Shown here in pieces: positions 39,965 through 54,350 of a stretch of DNA of 64,000 nt (positions are counted from its first letter, which is position 1; each line of letters begins with the position of its first letter). The translations under genes and the position numbers were made by a program. Below the pieces are notes generated by a model, which saw nothing but the letters and a program-made list of their open reading frames with translations, made no database searches and had not been told where the DNA came from. This DNA comes from Octopus vulgaris (Eukaryota), in the NCBI GenBank assembly GCA_951406725.2, contig OX597814.1:183830001-183894000 (forward strand), given 5' to 3'.

Positions 39965-40650
39965 GTTAATGAAAGCGGTATTAAAACTTGGCGTAAAGAT
40001 CTGTGTCGCATAGAAGACTGGCCCAAAGGTGCAAGGCATATCTTGACACAAAATACCAAATAGAAAAGAAAGGGTTCAAAACTGTTATCGAAGCCCTAAA
40101 ACAACGAGTGCGAGTAAAAACATTAAAGGTGCAACACCACACTGATCGATTATCGCAGTTCCAGCAACACAGGTTATTCTAAAATAACCAGAGGTAATTT
40201 TTTAAGAGCTTAGGAGAAGAAACAGGAGATAGTAAACCCGAAGCAGAGGAAACCCGCCAAGGCTGATATAACATATGTGGGCAAAAGTTTCTACAACCAC
40301 ATTGCTGAGTGGTTTCATTCCGAGAGATCTGAATTCCATCACCCGGAGGCTCCGCAACAGGATGACGTGCGCATAACAACGGAAGATTTCATAGCACAGT
40401 TATCAAGACTGCCAAAATGGAAAGCGGCATGACCAGCCTGAATATGGCAGCTACGAGAGTCAAGCATAAAGGTTGTCCCTATTGTCTTCGGAGTATTAGG
40501 TTCAATACCAGCCAACCTGAAGAAACATTTGGAAATTTTAGAAATACCCTTACAATTTAGGTGTATTGGAAAAAATTGGCATTTTTTGGAACTGCACGCA
40601 TATTGCGTGAAGTAGTCTGTCTGAGGTCCTTGTGACTTGACAGACACAAT
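39965..40650 (+). mobile_element. Decayed, internally deleted R4/Dong-like (RLE) non-LTR retrotransposon
   Basis: VIEALKQRVRVK..RLSQFQQHRLF.NNQR.FFKSL and C-terminal IKVVPIVFGVLGSIPANLKKHLEIL..GTAHILR. Confidence 0.65.
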
Positions 40651-40702
40651 ATCTTCAATCAACAACATCACGATATTGGATACTGCGATATTGCGACGTC
40701 CT

Positions 40703-40787
40703 AGCTGCTGCTGCTGCTGCTACTACAACTACTACTACTACTACCACCACCACCACCACCACCACCACCACCACCACCACCACCACC

Positions 40788-40837
<50 letters not shown>

Positions 40838-40853
40838 AACCACCACCACCACC

Positions 40854-40890
<37 letters not shown>

Positions 40891-40923
40891 ATAATAATAA
40901 TAAGAAGAAGAAGAAGAAGAAGA
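40703..40923. repeat. Compound trinucleotide repeat CTG/CTA/CCA/TAA/GAA
   Basis: Directly visible. Confidence 0.95.
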
Positions 40924-41193
40924 AATCTAAACTATTTGTTTCACTATCGAAATTCTACTAAGAAAAAATTATCAGATATGTATAAGTTTTCTAATTATTA
41001 TGTATAATAGTCTCGCGGCAGCATTTTTATCATCAATATTTTAAAACGACGTCTACTGAAATATTTGCTCAAATACATTCTAACAATATTTATACAAGAA
41101 AATGTCTGATATTTGAGAAGACGAACGCGAGGCCTGAAGACAAATATGGTCTTATATAAATATATATTGTTCTTATACACACACACACACACA

Positions 41194-41896
<703 letters not shown>

Positions 41897-41922
41897 ATGC
41901 ACACACACACACACATTTATAT

Positions 41923-42801
41923 ATATGAGAGGCACCGAAAAGAAACAATATTATTTGCAATATTATTTTATTCGCTTAGTTTTACATGTTTACGCTTTAA
42001 TCGCCTTCAAAGTATTCTCCGTTTCAAGCAATACGTCGACCCAGACGCATTTTCCACTTTTTGAAGCAATCCTGGAGCTCTTCGGGAGTGATGCCTTTTA
42101 ACAGTTCCGTCGTTCTTTTCCTTCACCTCTTCCACAATCTGCAAAGCGTTTTCCTTTAAGACCTTTTTTTCATTTGGGAGAACAAGAAAATAAAATTCAA
42201 GTGATTAGGGAGAGTGGGTAAGCGGAGTTACGCGTTTAGTCATGACTGCTTTTCAACTTCCGTGAACAAGGGATGCACAAATTTTGCTGCAACTCTTTTC
42301 ATTCGTAATTCTTCGGTCAAAATTTGTTGCAGGAGCTCCAGGACACACCAGTCATATCGAAATTTCGTCAATTGTTCGGTGACGGTGTCAAGGATCAATT
42401 CATGCATTTTTGTGATATTTTCATTCTTTCCGAGGGTCGAGGGTCGCCCTAAATTTGATATGTCTGCAAGCAACAAGTGACCATTCCTAGAGGTGAAAAC
42501 CATTCATAAACTTGTGTTTTGCTCCTGGCAGGCCCCTTGTAAGCTGCCGTTTTCCGCAGCATTAAACAGAATTTCACGGAAGCATGCTGTGCCTTCGTTT
42601 CAGCATCGCAAAAGTCGGTGAACAGGGGAGAAGCACTGAAAAACAAAGATACACCACGTAGCATTACGACCTCACACCAAGACGCTGGTCGAAAGACTCA
42701 TGCCTGAGGGTTGCATCAAGAGATTTCTAGCGGCGGAAGCCTGAACTACAACATACTTGTCCCACAGAGAACGTTTCCGGTAACTTTTGGGTACAACCTC
42801 G

Positions 42802-42802
<1 letters not shown>
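41923..42802 (-). mobile_element. Decayed mariner transposon
   Basis: SKTQVYEWF, GRPST..ENI and ILTEELRMKRVAAKFV transposase remnants; CGAGGTTGTACCCAAAAGTT terminal motif. Confidence 0.72.
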
Positions 42803-42873
<71 letters not shown>

Positions 42874-43476
42874 TATATACAAGAAAAAAGCAACAAAAAT
42901 GGATCAATATTTCGGTACAATTGTTTCGTACGAAGACCACCTTTATTAAGGCTGCAAATAGTGCAGCAAATACACGTGACCCATACTCATCAGCCGAAAA
43001 AACATCCGAGTTCTCAAAACATCTAAGGGGGTTAGGCTACACTCCTGAAACATCAGGGATAGTTCTATAAAAATCAGATTTAGATAATAAACGGACTTCC
43101 AAAGTTCTTTAATGTAGCACAGTCAAATAACAGGCTTTAAAAAAGTATTTTAAAAAACCTCTTAGTTTCACAGAAATTGAAAATGTAAATCCATCCATAA
43201 TAATGAAGTATGTTTGAATTCTGGAGATATGAGGAGAGATTTCATACTCACAGACGATGTATTTTTCCATAATTAGTCCATAATAATTCGCCCTCATCAC
43301 TGCTTCACAACTGCTGTTCATTTATTTACATCCACATAACTTACTGGTTTCACAAGAACAAACTAATAGAATAAGTACCAGGCTTATCAACATAAAAAAG
43401 CACTAAGCTGTGTCTCATAATTTTCTTTGCCCACTCAGTTGTATCTATCAATTTATCTTTGTATGTGTGTGTGTGT

Positions 43477-43549
<73 letters not shown>

Positions 43550-43556
<7 letters not shown>

Positions 43557-44844
43557 ATAATCCCCTAATGGGAGCCTTAACTCCCAAATTTTAGTAATTT
43601 CTTTTATGATCCAAAACTAGGTCAAAAGTACTGAATGGATCTTTATGAAATTTGGAAATTATATTCTATGCATAAGGGCCATAACCCCATGACAATTCAT
43701 ATATTTTTGCTGTTGATGAAATTTTAACCATAGATATTAGACACAAATGAAGTAACATTTATAAAATTTCATCTTCTTACAAAGTTAGAAAGACCCCTCC
43801 ATGGGGACTTAACACCCACAATTTTGTCATTTTATTTAAGCAAAAACGAATACAGTTGTGCTCTTGGAAGCTTTAGGGTTACCTGAGCATAAAAGTTGGG
43901 CATTATTTCTAGTTCAATGGTGCAACAGTGTAACAGTTTGCTTTGACATACACTTACATTGTGATTTCTGCAATGTGCTGCATAAATTGTCAAGTAAATG
44001 AGAGGCATCTTTGCCTCCACTGATTCAGTTGCAAAGTGTTGAGTAAAGTTATTTGATTGCAGACCTCCTTTCAGTTTTTTTATTATCACTCGGTCACCCA
44101 GATGGTAACATTGATTTCAAGGCCTTCCCAGATGAGTGACTGGTTATTCAAAGACATTATTAGATTGTAAATTTATTCTATCCAGTTACGTATCAGTATA
44201 GTGGTTATTTGCAAACTCCAGAGGTGACACTTTCATTTCTCCTTAGCCCTGACGTCACACAGTTGTTAATGTTGATTTCAGTTGGTTCACGCTCTTCCAA
44301 TTGCTATAGATTCGTAATGCATCTTACGGCTGCGCCTGTCACCTGGATGGTGAGGAATCCTATATTGGGAGTGGTAACGACTAGGGTAGGGTAACTGACT
44401 GCTTATTGTGATCATTCGTCTTTTGGTTTCCTGTGAACATATATTTCCTATTTCAAAGAAATTCAAACAATAGATATAAGACCCAAGTTAAACAGATTCT
44501 CAACAATTCAACTTCTCTGGTTGACATTAAGATGTCCACCCCCAACAGGGGCCTTAACTCTCACATTTTAGAGCTCCATGACCTTCATTTTTCAGGAGCA
44601 AAATATTTTTAACAGGTTTAATAAGACTGGAATTTTGGAATATGCGCTTAAAAATCAGTAGTATGGGATACATGTGGCATGATTACAATTTTTGGGGGGT
44701 GTATAAAGAGGGAAATAACCCTCATCTGCAATTTTGATGCAAGCAATTCGAAACATAGGTATTCCAGTTCATTAGAGAAAATATAACAGAATGTCTAATT
44801 CTTCAATTGTATGCAACACAGGCAACGTCGGGTATCTGTGCTAG
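43550..44844 (+). mobile_element. Helitron-like element
   Basis: Starts TCTATATAA after (TATC)n and ends GGCAACGTCGGGTATCTGTGCTAG|T; a GGG(A/G)CCTTAACWCYCA-like motif recurs three times. Confidence 0.6.
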
Positions 44845-44989
44845 TATATATATATATATATATATATATCAAAGGGTAATCTGAAATATTAGAATTTTCC
44901 ATTACCAGTGGCCTAGCGTGCAAAAATTAAGTCAATAGACTATATATTATTCATATAAATACAGCGTACAATGTACACTATATATATAT

Positions 44990-45165
44990 ATTTCATTTTT
45001 TCTCTCCTTGTTTCTTTCCTTGTTTTTTTCTGTGTCCCTTTCTGTAGAAGAGCGTAGGCTCGAAACGTAAAAGACTTTTTCTATTCCTGAGCGTTATACT
45101 AATACATCTGTTTGTTTTGTACACCACCTGTATTCGTCTTTTGTTTTTTTCGTAAACTCTCCCTA
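44990..45165 (+). mobile_element. Repeat F copy with hammerhead-like core
   Basis: CTGTAGAAGAGCGTAGGCTCGAAACGTAAAAGAC starting at 45042. Confidence 0.7.
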
Positions 45166-45454
45166 TATATATATATATTGTCTGCTGCTCCATCGCCTTC
45201 CTAGTTTTCTCTTTCCGAGAGAGTATAATAAATGCAGTCATCTTATAATTTATAAGAATTTGTAAGGGGAATTTGAAATGAGTGTGTTGAACTGACGGTG
45301 TACTGCCTACATGTTGTAGGAGTTCCTGAGAGATAAATTTTACACGAGCCAGCAAAGAGATCTATCATGTGGTCACACGTCCCTTTAAAAATAGCAGTCA
45401 AATCTTACTTATCTCGTATTCTTTCGTTGCGAAAAGGAAGGACATAGAGAATTA

Positions 45455-45873
45455 GGATCTTTTCGGCTTGAACGGCAGTTTTTTCTAGCGGTGTCATATG
45501 AAATTGTCACCCATAATTATGACCCTAGAATCGATCTATTGCATTTCAATCTCTTTTAGGGTTAGTGTTAGGATTAGGGGTGGATGAAGGGTATCTTTTT
45601 TTCTTCACAAATGTAAATAAACCCAATCTGTTTCTTAAACGAGGGACATATTCATACGGCACAGAATGCTTTTAACTCAATAGACGTCACTGATTGGTTG
45701 AAATTGCAGAAATTGAAGAAAAAACAACAAATATCTTACAAACTATAGAATTTTCTCAATAAAGCCAAGAGAAAAAGATGTTTTATAAACACATTCTACC
45801 AGTATACGAAGTTTAAAATTTTTTAGTTACCTAGAAATTATGCTACAAACTGCCGCTCAAACCGAAAAGATCC
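45455..45873. mobile_element. Non-autonomous DNA transposon with GG-terminal TIRs and perfect 8-bp TSD (Merlin-like?)
   Basis: GAGAATTA|GGATCTTTTCGGCTTGAACGGCAGTTT ... AAACTGCCGCTCAAACCGAAAAGATCC|GAGAATTA. Confidence 0.88.
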
Positions 45874-46850
45874 GAGAATTACACTATATGTGGATAAAAG
45901 ACTATACAGCCACGGCTTGATCACATTTAATCATAGATCTGCTCGATCGGGGCTGATACAATAAGAAACGATTTTTATATCAATTGAGAAAGTAGGAGCG
46001 GAAAAGACAAAGAAAACAAAGAGAAAAAAATTCCCGCTAGATTGAGCCACATCACATAGTAAAAGGCAAGTACTCAAGTAACATTAATTGAAATAGCTTT
46101 CGTGCTGCATTCGCTGAAATTCATAATTGCATTTAGAATTTGTTTCGTTCGATTTTTAAGTGGATATTTAAGTGTTTCCGTCGTACGAAATTAGAAAAGA
46201 GAAGTAAAACATAACAATAAGCAATCGTAATAAAAACGCTGACAAGATAAAGAAACTCGACTGTGGATATAATATCTACATCGTCCAAAGCATAAAATTA
46301 TATTGTCACGTGATCGACGAACGACTGTAGGAGCATGGATAAAGATATAGAATTTCGCAATAATACAAGTCTCATAAATAAGACGATATTGCTTCATGAA
46401 TAAAACGATATCAACTCATAAATAACAACGGTTTCAAAAATAAAACTATGTGGTTAGAACAATGAATGGAGAAATACTGTCTAATAAAAGGGTACGGTTT
46501 TATGACTAAAGAAATACAACTCATAAATATATAGATAATTGAATGCAGTTTTATTTAAATAGAAACATACAGTCTCATAAATAAAACGGAAGAGTTCTGT
46601 GAATAATGTGAGCAGTTATTATTAATATTATAACATTGTCAGGAATCAACATTTTCTCCTTACATATAAAATGAAAGTTATTATAAATTTGATAAAAATA
46701 TATTAGCGTTTTGTTTGCTCCTGTGATGAGATCAGAATAAGACTTAGATGTGCCTATATTTGTATCCCTTGCTTGATTGTATAATGAAAATGATATTAAT
46801 CATTTACTAATTTTGTTCTTTCCATAACGGCATTTGTATAGCTAGATATA

Positions 46851-47035
46851 TTGGGTTGTCCGGAAAGTTCGTGCCTATTTATAGTAGGATACCTTTCGAC
46901 TTATTTTAGAACATGGTTGAGTCCATAAAATAGGATTTGACTACACCTCCATTTAGAGCACAGTTTAAGCTATCTTTTCGTGGAAGAAGGATTATGTCCC
47001 TATCACCTGTGTTAATTCTGTAACCCTTTAAAATG
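46851..47035 (+). mobile_element. 5' fragment of the same mariner family as 12031-12596
   Basis: Highly similar to 12031-12214. Confidence 0.88.
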
Positions 47036-48013
47036 ATAATGGTAATGATGATTGTAATAATCATGATGTTTCATGATATTTCATTCCATAAAACTACAGG
47101 TCTTTCAGTGAGGGTCAAGTCGGACAATTCTGGAAAATATTACTGATGGAGAATCACTAAAAGGAAAAAATAAGTTGTAAGAGTGTTGAAATTACGGAAA
47201 AGACCAAAAAAAACTGTTCATTCAGACCTAAGGGATAGTATAATCTGAGGGCAAATAATCATGTGTTGTGATGGGTGGGGTAGCCGAAGTCCCAGAAACG
47301 GTCAGGAAAGAGTTAGCACCCATAAATTTTAACATGAAAAACGCCTGTATTGTAAAAGTACCGTGAAAGGTGAATAAAGCTGTTGATTTTCAACTGGACA
47401 AATACTTAAATACCATGACTTTTGGCGAAATTGTTACAGAAGGTGGACATTATGGAAAACTTAAAACTGTACAGTGAATTGAGCTAAAAGAATGCAATAC
47501 CACTCTGCCAATCATATTTACGCTATTACAGCTTCCGGAACCAATAAGGTTCGCAATGATCTTAAAATAATTCTGCTTGTTCCTCCGTTGCTTAGCCGGT
47601 CCATACAAATTAGTTGAAGAGGGAGGGAATGGAGGGGCGGGTGGGAATGGGATGGATGTGGGAGGGGAAGTTGCCGGAGAGATGGTTGTAAGTAAAATGT
47701 GCAATTTCCTTTTTTGAATTAAGTTTTTTTTTCCTCCGTTACTTAGCCCGTTTGTAACACTTACATGTGATTAGTTAAAGGGAAAGGCGAAGAGCGAAAG
47801 AAAAAGGGGAGAAAAAAGGAGGGTAAGGCGAAGAATGAGGGAGAAAGAGGGAGAGTGCTGTGTATTAAGTCTATAAAATTGTGCATAAAGTATGTATGAG
47901 TTTATTAAAATTCTTGAGAGAGTTCATGCCAGTCGCTTACAAAGCGATAATACTTTTTAAGGTCAGAGAGTTCCTGGTGTTTGTAAATGTGGTTGAGTTG
48001 GTGTGTATGTATG

Positions 48014-48059
<46 letters not shown>

Positions 48060-48884
48060 TATGTGTGCTTTTTAATTTGCGCTAATAATCAGGTTTTAGG
48101 TCATATTGGAGCACCGTTTTAGCCACGTCACTGCGTATGTCCCACTGGACACCCAATATTTTGGTTATTTGATGGATCAACAAAATCGGTAGAGGTCGCT
48201 TTCGTTTAGTCGTAGCCTTTTGCAATTGACTGAAGCTCGATACTAGAAGAAAAATGCACTTACACACCTTTTAGAAATATCAAAGGAAATATATAAACAT
48301 TTATGTTTACACTGTTCAACAGTCTCTCGAGCTCTAAAACTTGGTTTCCATCTAGTTAACAAATATCAATGTTATTGTTAGTGATGAATATAATATGACA
48401 TGAACAAGAAGTAAATTCTCTTGTGAATTAAATTCACAAGCTGCTTTTTGATCTCCTTTTGAAGCTAATTCAAATGAATTCTGCAGTTAATTCCGTGGAA
48501 AAGGCAACAACGTCACAACTTTCAACTGTTGGAATCTAGACAAAAGAAACCAATTCTGTATTTACTGATTCCGTTAATCTATTTTCTATTTTCAGACTAC
48601 ACTTACAGTCAGTCACTTTATCTACTATTCGCTATATGGTTGTCAGACTCCATTGCTTGCAATCTATGTGTTTTGCTGAACTTCCTTTGCTGTATAATCC
48701 TCTCTTTGTAAACCTCTGTCATTCATTGTCTTTAAGTGACTGCAGCCATTTGCCTTTTACTACTACGTTACTATTTGACTTTGTCACGCTTCTGCTTGTT
48801 TACGTTGTCGTTCCCAAGGAAGCAAAAATCATCATTCTTCTTTCACTAACTGAAGTGGTTTCCTCCATGGAAGTTTCAATACAA

Positions 48885-49281
48885 GGCGGCGAGCTGGCAG
48901 AAACGTTAGTGCGCCGGACAAAATGCTTAGCAGTATTTCGTCTGCCACAACGTTCTCAGTTCAAATTCCGCCGAGGTCGACTTTGCCTTTCATCCTTTCG
49001 GGGGTCGATAAATTAAGTACCAGTTACGCACTGGGGTCGATATAATCGATTTAATCCGTATGTCTGTCCTTGTTTGTCCCCTCTGTGTTTAGCCCCTTGT
49101 GGGTAGTAAAGAAATAGGTATTTCGTCTGCCGCTACGTTCTGTATTCAACTTCCGCCGAGGTCGACTTTGCCTTTCATCCTTTCGGAGTCGATAATTTAA
49201 GTACTTGCTGCGTACTGGGGTCGACGTAATCAACTGGGCCCCTCCCCCAAATTTTCGGGCCTTGTGCCTAGAGTAGAAAAG
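48885..49281 (+). mobile_element. SINE B heterodimer
   Basis: Head, long-tail unit, GAAATAGGTATTTCG junction, short-tail unit. Confidence 0.9.
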
Positions 49282-49510
49282 AGTATTACAAGACCTCGGT
49301 TTATTCTTTAAAAACAAGAAAGACTTCAGCTTTCAACAACCGATGCCCCTCAACAGTCCTCATGTGTGTCTTCATTGAAGATCTGTTCACATATAAGAAT
49401 ATGCTGCTACTACCTATTAAAGTAACAACAGACCTGTTTGATTTGCAAAGACTCACTGATTTCTAACGGCATTTCAGTTACGCTTTGTTTCCTTTTTCTG
49501 GCACATAAAC

Positions 49511-49751
49511 TGTCTGTCCATGTTTGTCCTCTCTGTGTTTAGCCCCTTGTGGGTAGTAAAGAAATAGGTATTTCGTCTGTTTTTACGTTCTGAGTTCAAA
49601 TTCCGCCGAGGTAGACTTTGCCTTTCATCCTTTCGGAGTCGATAAATTAAGTACCAGCTACGTACTGGGGTCGATGTAATCAACTGGCCCCCTCCCCCAA
49701 ATTTCGGGCCTTGTGCCTAGAGTAGAAAAGAGTATTACAAGACCTCGGTTT
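49511..49751 (+). repeat. Local duplicate of 49061-49301 (SINE B 3' part plus flank)
   Basis: Both copies end AGTATTACAAGACCTCGGTTT. Confidence 0.85.
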
Positions 49752-50357
49752 TTCGCCGAAATAACAGATGTATATCTCTTCACACATGCCTTCTAATTTC
49801 TCCTCATCATGCCATCGGCTCTAAACGCACCGGTGGTTACCTCTTCAGGATATCCTCGGAAATTTTCACTTTACTCTCGATTTTTTTTTCTGCTGATAAT
49901 CGAACTAGGCATAATCAACTTGAGTATAAACCTCTTGGGTTTATGGAAGCCCGCTCTTGCCGAGATTGTCTAGAATGACTACTAATTTCGGGATACAGTC
50001 TGAATTTCGTCCTTACGGAAACTGGAATAAATTTTAACAATTTATATACAATATTTACTTCTTAGACAAAATATCAATCAGTATACATGTACATATGCAT
50101 ACATATATGTGTATGCATATCAGTGTGTATGTTTATGCGTATGCAAATGCTTGTTTGCACCTTTATATAAACACTTACAGAATGTACAGTGGAAATTTTC
50201 TCTATGAATAGTCCTATGTGTGCTTCAATAGGTTTTCTTCTGTACTTCTCACTCATTCACTAATTCTTCCTCTCTCTCTCTCTTTTGCCATATATGTATG
50301 TGCGTGTATATATATGTATATACACAAATACACATAGATATATAAATATACAAACAG

Positions 50358-50405
<48 letters not shown>

Positions 50406-50410
50406 GTGTA

Positions 50411-50548
<138 letters not shown>

Positions 50549-50551
50549 GTA

Positions 50552-50591
<40 letters not shown>

Positions 50592-50919
50592 ATATAAATC
50601 AACCTTTACCAGTGCCACTATTTATCATCAACACCAAAAGCAATACACAACCATTACCATTACCAACCCCCCCTTCAACTTCTTAATGAGCCACAACAAC
50701 ATTAACTATAGTATGAACAAGATAAGCAATTCCATCTAAAATAAAAAAAAAAGACAATGACGTGAGATAATGTTGTACTGTAATGTTTTTAAACGTTGAA
50801 TGAAACGTCTTTGATCTCGGGTCAAAGAGGCTTGACTTGAGACGAAACAGAAACAACAATACAATTATCAAGAACAATTTAACCAACGCCACCACGAAAT
50901 AATATCCTCATCAACACCA

Positions 50920-51222
50920 ACATCAAAACCACCACCGACGCCACCACCATAACCACCACCACCACTACCACCACCGCCGCCGCCGCCGCCACTACCACCA
51001 CTACCACTACCACCACCACCACCACCTACACCACCATCACCACTACTACCTTTACCACCACCACCACCACCACTACTACCTTCACCACCACCACCACTGC
51101 CACCAACACTACTACCTTCACCCCCACCACGACCGCCGCCACCACCACCACCATCACCGGAAACACCACCACCGCCACCACCACCACCACTACCACCACC
51201 ACCACCATCACTGCCACCACCT
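50920..51222. repeat. Degenerate (ACC)n repeat
   Basis: Directly visible. Confidence 0.9.
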
Positions 51223-51915
51223 CACGAACTTTTGAATAAATAACAACAACAATTCTAGTATTTGCATGACAGCAATGTTTGTAGCTACATATGTTGTATG
51301 TCAATACAAAATGAGAGAGAGTTTGTGTGTGTATGTGTGTGTGTGCACGTGTCTATGTGTGTATTTGTGTGTGTGTTTGAGAGAGAGAAAAAGAGAGCGA
51401 GAGGGAGAGAGAGAAAGAGAGAGGGAGAGAAGGAGAGCGAGAGAGAGACAGAGAGAAAGCAGACTGTAGAATTTACGGCTTGGTTCAAACGTGCAAGGAA
51501 CGAATTGCCTCCGAACGTGATAACCCTTCAACTATCTGCAATCATGGAGTAATTCCTCCCAACTACTTTACCATTTTATCCTATCATTTCTATTCTTAAA
51601 TCCATAAGAATAACACGTTTTGGGCTCTTACTAAACGATTATTTCCTGGCACTATTTATCCTACCAGATATATGTTGTAGATAATTATTGATCGCCGACA
51701 CTGTTGGTTTTGCTTACAGTTCAGAATACCTAGAGAGAAGTCATCAAGTAGAATTTTAGATGGTAGTGCGAAAACTGTAAAAGCTGTTACGTTGGAGTAT
51801 TAAAAGACGGTTTCAAATGTTTAAGATGCGCTTGAATTTGCATAACATAAACATGACTGGTGAAACTCCCAGATTAGTTATAGAGACTGCTACTTAGCCC
51901 CTGTATCTGCACTGG

Positions 51916-51951
<36 letters not shown>

Positions 51952-51952
51952 G

Positions 51953-52263
51953 AGACCCCCTTCGGTCACGACACAGACCATGGGATTGCACCTAGAAAAT
52001 TACCCTCCCAGGCACAAGTCCGGGCAAGGCTGTTTATGGAAGACCAGCAGTCGCCCATGCGTATCAGCCTCCCCTCACCACGCCACCTGTGTTATCCAAG
52101 GGAAAGGCAATGGCCGATACAGCTTGGCACGTGTGACGTCGCAACTCATTTCTACAGCTGAGTGAACTGGAACAACGTGAAATAAAGTGTCTTGCTCAAG
52201 AACGCAACACACAACCCGGTCCGGGATTCGAGCTCACAACCTCACGATCGTAAGCTCGACGCC
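51953..52263 (-). mobile_element. SINE family E
   Basis: Reverse complement of 52544-52852. Confidence 0.9.
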
Positions 52264-52389
<126 letters not shown>

Positions 52390-52487
52390 AGTTCAGTAAA
52401 ATTTAGATTCAGTTGAATATGGTACTTAAGTTAAAGGTACCAGAATTTAGTATGGTATTATCCATATAATTCAAAATGGGGTGATTA

Positions 52488-52533
52488 TAATCAAAATAAT
52501 CAACAAGGATATCCTTGTTGATTATTTTGATTA
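52488..52533. repeat. Perfect 46-bp palindrome
   Basis: TAATCAAAATAATCAACAAGGAT|ATCCTTGTTGATTATTTTGATTA. Confidence 0.92.
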
Positions 52534-52852
52534 GAGCGGTTAGAGCGTCGAGCTTACGATCGTGAGGTTGTGAGCTCGAATCCCGGACCGGGCTGCGTGT
52601 TGTGTTCTTGAGCAAGACACTTTATTTCACGTTGCTCCAGTTCACTCAGCTGTAGAAATGAGTTGCGACGTCACGAGTGCCAAGCTGTATCGGCCTTTGC
52701 CTTTCCCTTGGATAACACTGGTGGCGTGGAGAGGGGAGGCTGGTATGCATGGGCGACTGCTGGTCTTCCATAAACAACCTTGCCCGGACTTGTATCTAGG
52801 AGGGTAACTTTCTAGGTGCAATCCCATGGTCATTCATGACCGAAGGGGGTCT
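52534..52852 (+). mobile_element. SINE family E (head slightly truncated)
   Basis: Homologous to 26903-27249. Confidence 0.9.
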
Positions 52853-52853
52853 T

Positions 52854-52902
<49 letters not shown>

Positions 52903-53393
52903 TAGATAGATAGATAGATATATAGCAAGCATATAGTGTTGATGAAACTAAAATTTTCTACAAGTTCATGCTGGCAAAAAAGATTTAAAGCTTCCAAAAA
53001 TCGTTTCAGGTGTGTTCTGGAAGAAAACACTGTTGGTGTTATGGAATTAAAAGTCCTAACTCTGTATTACTTTTGAAAATTACACAAGGCTTAATTTCTT
53101 CTGATTTGGCGTGTAAATAATAAAGCATGAATGACTAATGGCTTTTTCAAAGAATGGTTTAGAAGCATTTTCTTTGTCTTGTTCTAGAGTGGTACACTAT
53201 CCGACAAAACATTTCTCATTTTAGATAATGTAGCAAGCCCCCGAGTAAACTGAAATAAACTTTCTAATTATGTAAGCGTAGAACATATTGTCAAAAATAT
53301 CAGTTTCCCATATGGTAGCTAACTTCAAGTTAAATTGTTTGAAAACTTTTGAAAGGATAAGATAGAAACGAGGCAAAGCTGCTCGATTACGTG

Positions 53394-53452
<59 letters not shown>

Positions 53453-54092
53453 CGCTAGGCCTAACTCATCGTAAAGTCAATACTACCATGACTGATATCC
53501 AATCTACAGTGGAGAAGGCTAGCCACTGGATTTGGTTAAAAAGAGACGATGAGAGATGGCTAGAAGTATATTGAGTTCTTCATAATCAGCTGATCTAGCA
53601 AGCGGGGTCTCATATCAGTGAGGGGGCCGGTGCGCATTGATGCCGTCAGAGGTAGGCCCCGAAACGGCGCGCATTCTCTCCTGATGACCCCATACACTTG
53701 CTAGCTTCCGGTATACGGAGCTTTTAACTGGTAGCACTTGCATGTGCAAGTTGTTTGCAAGACATATATACACATATATACACATATATACATACTTATA
53801 TACATACAAATATATATATATATATACAAGTAATATACATATTACTTTGTACAATATATCGCGTGTAAAACTTGTGGATATATTAAATCGTAGTTCTAGA
53901 ATTGTTAGAACGTCGGCTAAAATGTCTTGTGTTATTTGCTTCGACCCTTTTCGTCTTCAGTTCAAATCCTGCTGAGATCAATTTCTTTTATCCCTTCGCA
54001 GTTGATAAAATACAGCTACCAGTGTTGTAGTGCTGGGGTCGATGGAACCAACCTTCTCAAACTCTTTAGGCTTTTGAATAAACTAGAAATGT

Positions 54093-54350
54093 GGAGGCGC
54101 GTGGCTTAGTGTTTAGAGTGTCAGCATCATGATCGTAAGATTGTTGGTTCGATTCCTGGATCGGGCAACGCGTTGTGTTCTTGAGCAAAACATTTCATTT
54201 CACGTTGTTCCAGTCCACTCAGCTGACAAAAATGAGTAATGTTGCGATGGACTGGCGTCCCGTCCAGCTGGGGAACACATACGTCATTGAAACCGGGAAA
54301 CCGGGCTCATGAGCCTGGCTAGGCTTTAAAAGGGCGCATTTATTTATTTT
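54093..54350 (+). mobile_element. SINE family D, TSD ATAAACTAGAAA
   Basis: tRNA-like head TGGCTTAGTG..GGTTCGATTCC; (ATTT)n tail; direct repeats on both flanks. Confidence 0.88.

Noticed and set aside
40637-40891. Poly-His/Tyr and poly-Val ORFs (also 51026-51304 and 56192-56425)
   Set aside because: Trinucleotide repeats with no other coding evidence.
48095-48192. Possible exon following TTTTAG
   Set aside because: Its start resembles a degenerate SINE A tail (GGCCATGCTGGAGCACCGCCTTTAG) and the peptide is unrecognisable.
53610-53700. GC-rich patch with CCCCGAAACGG and CTGATGA
   Set aside because: Box order and pairings do not form a hammerhead.
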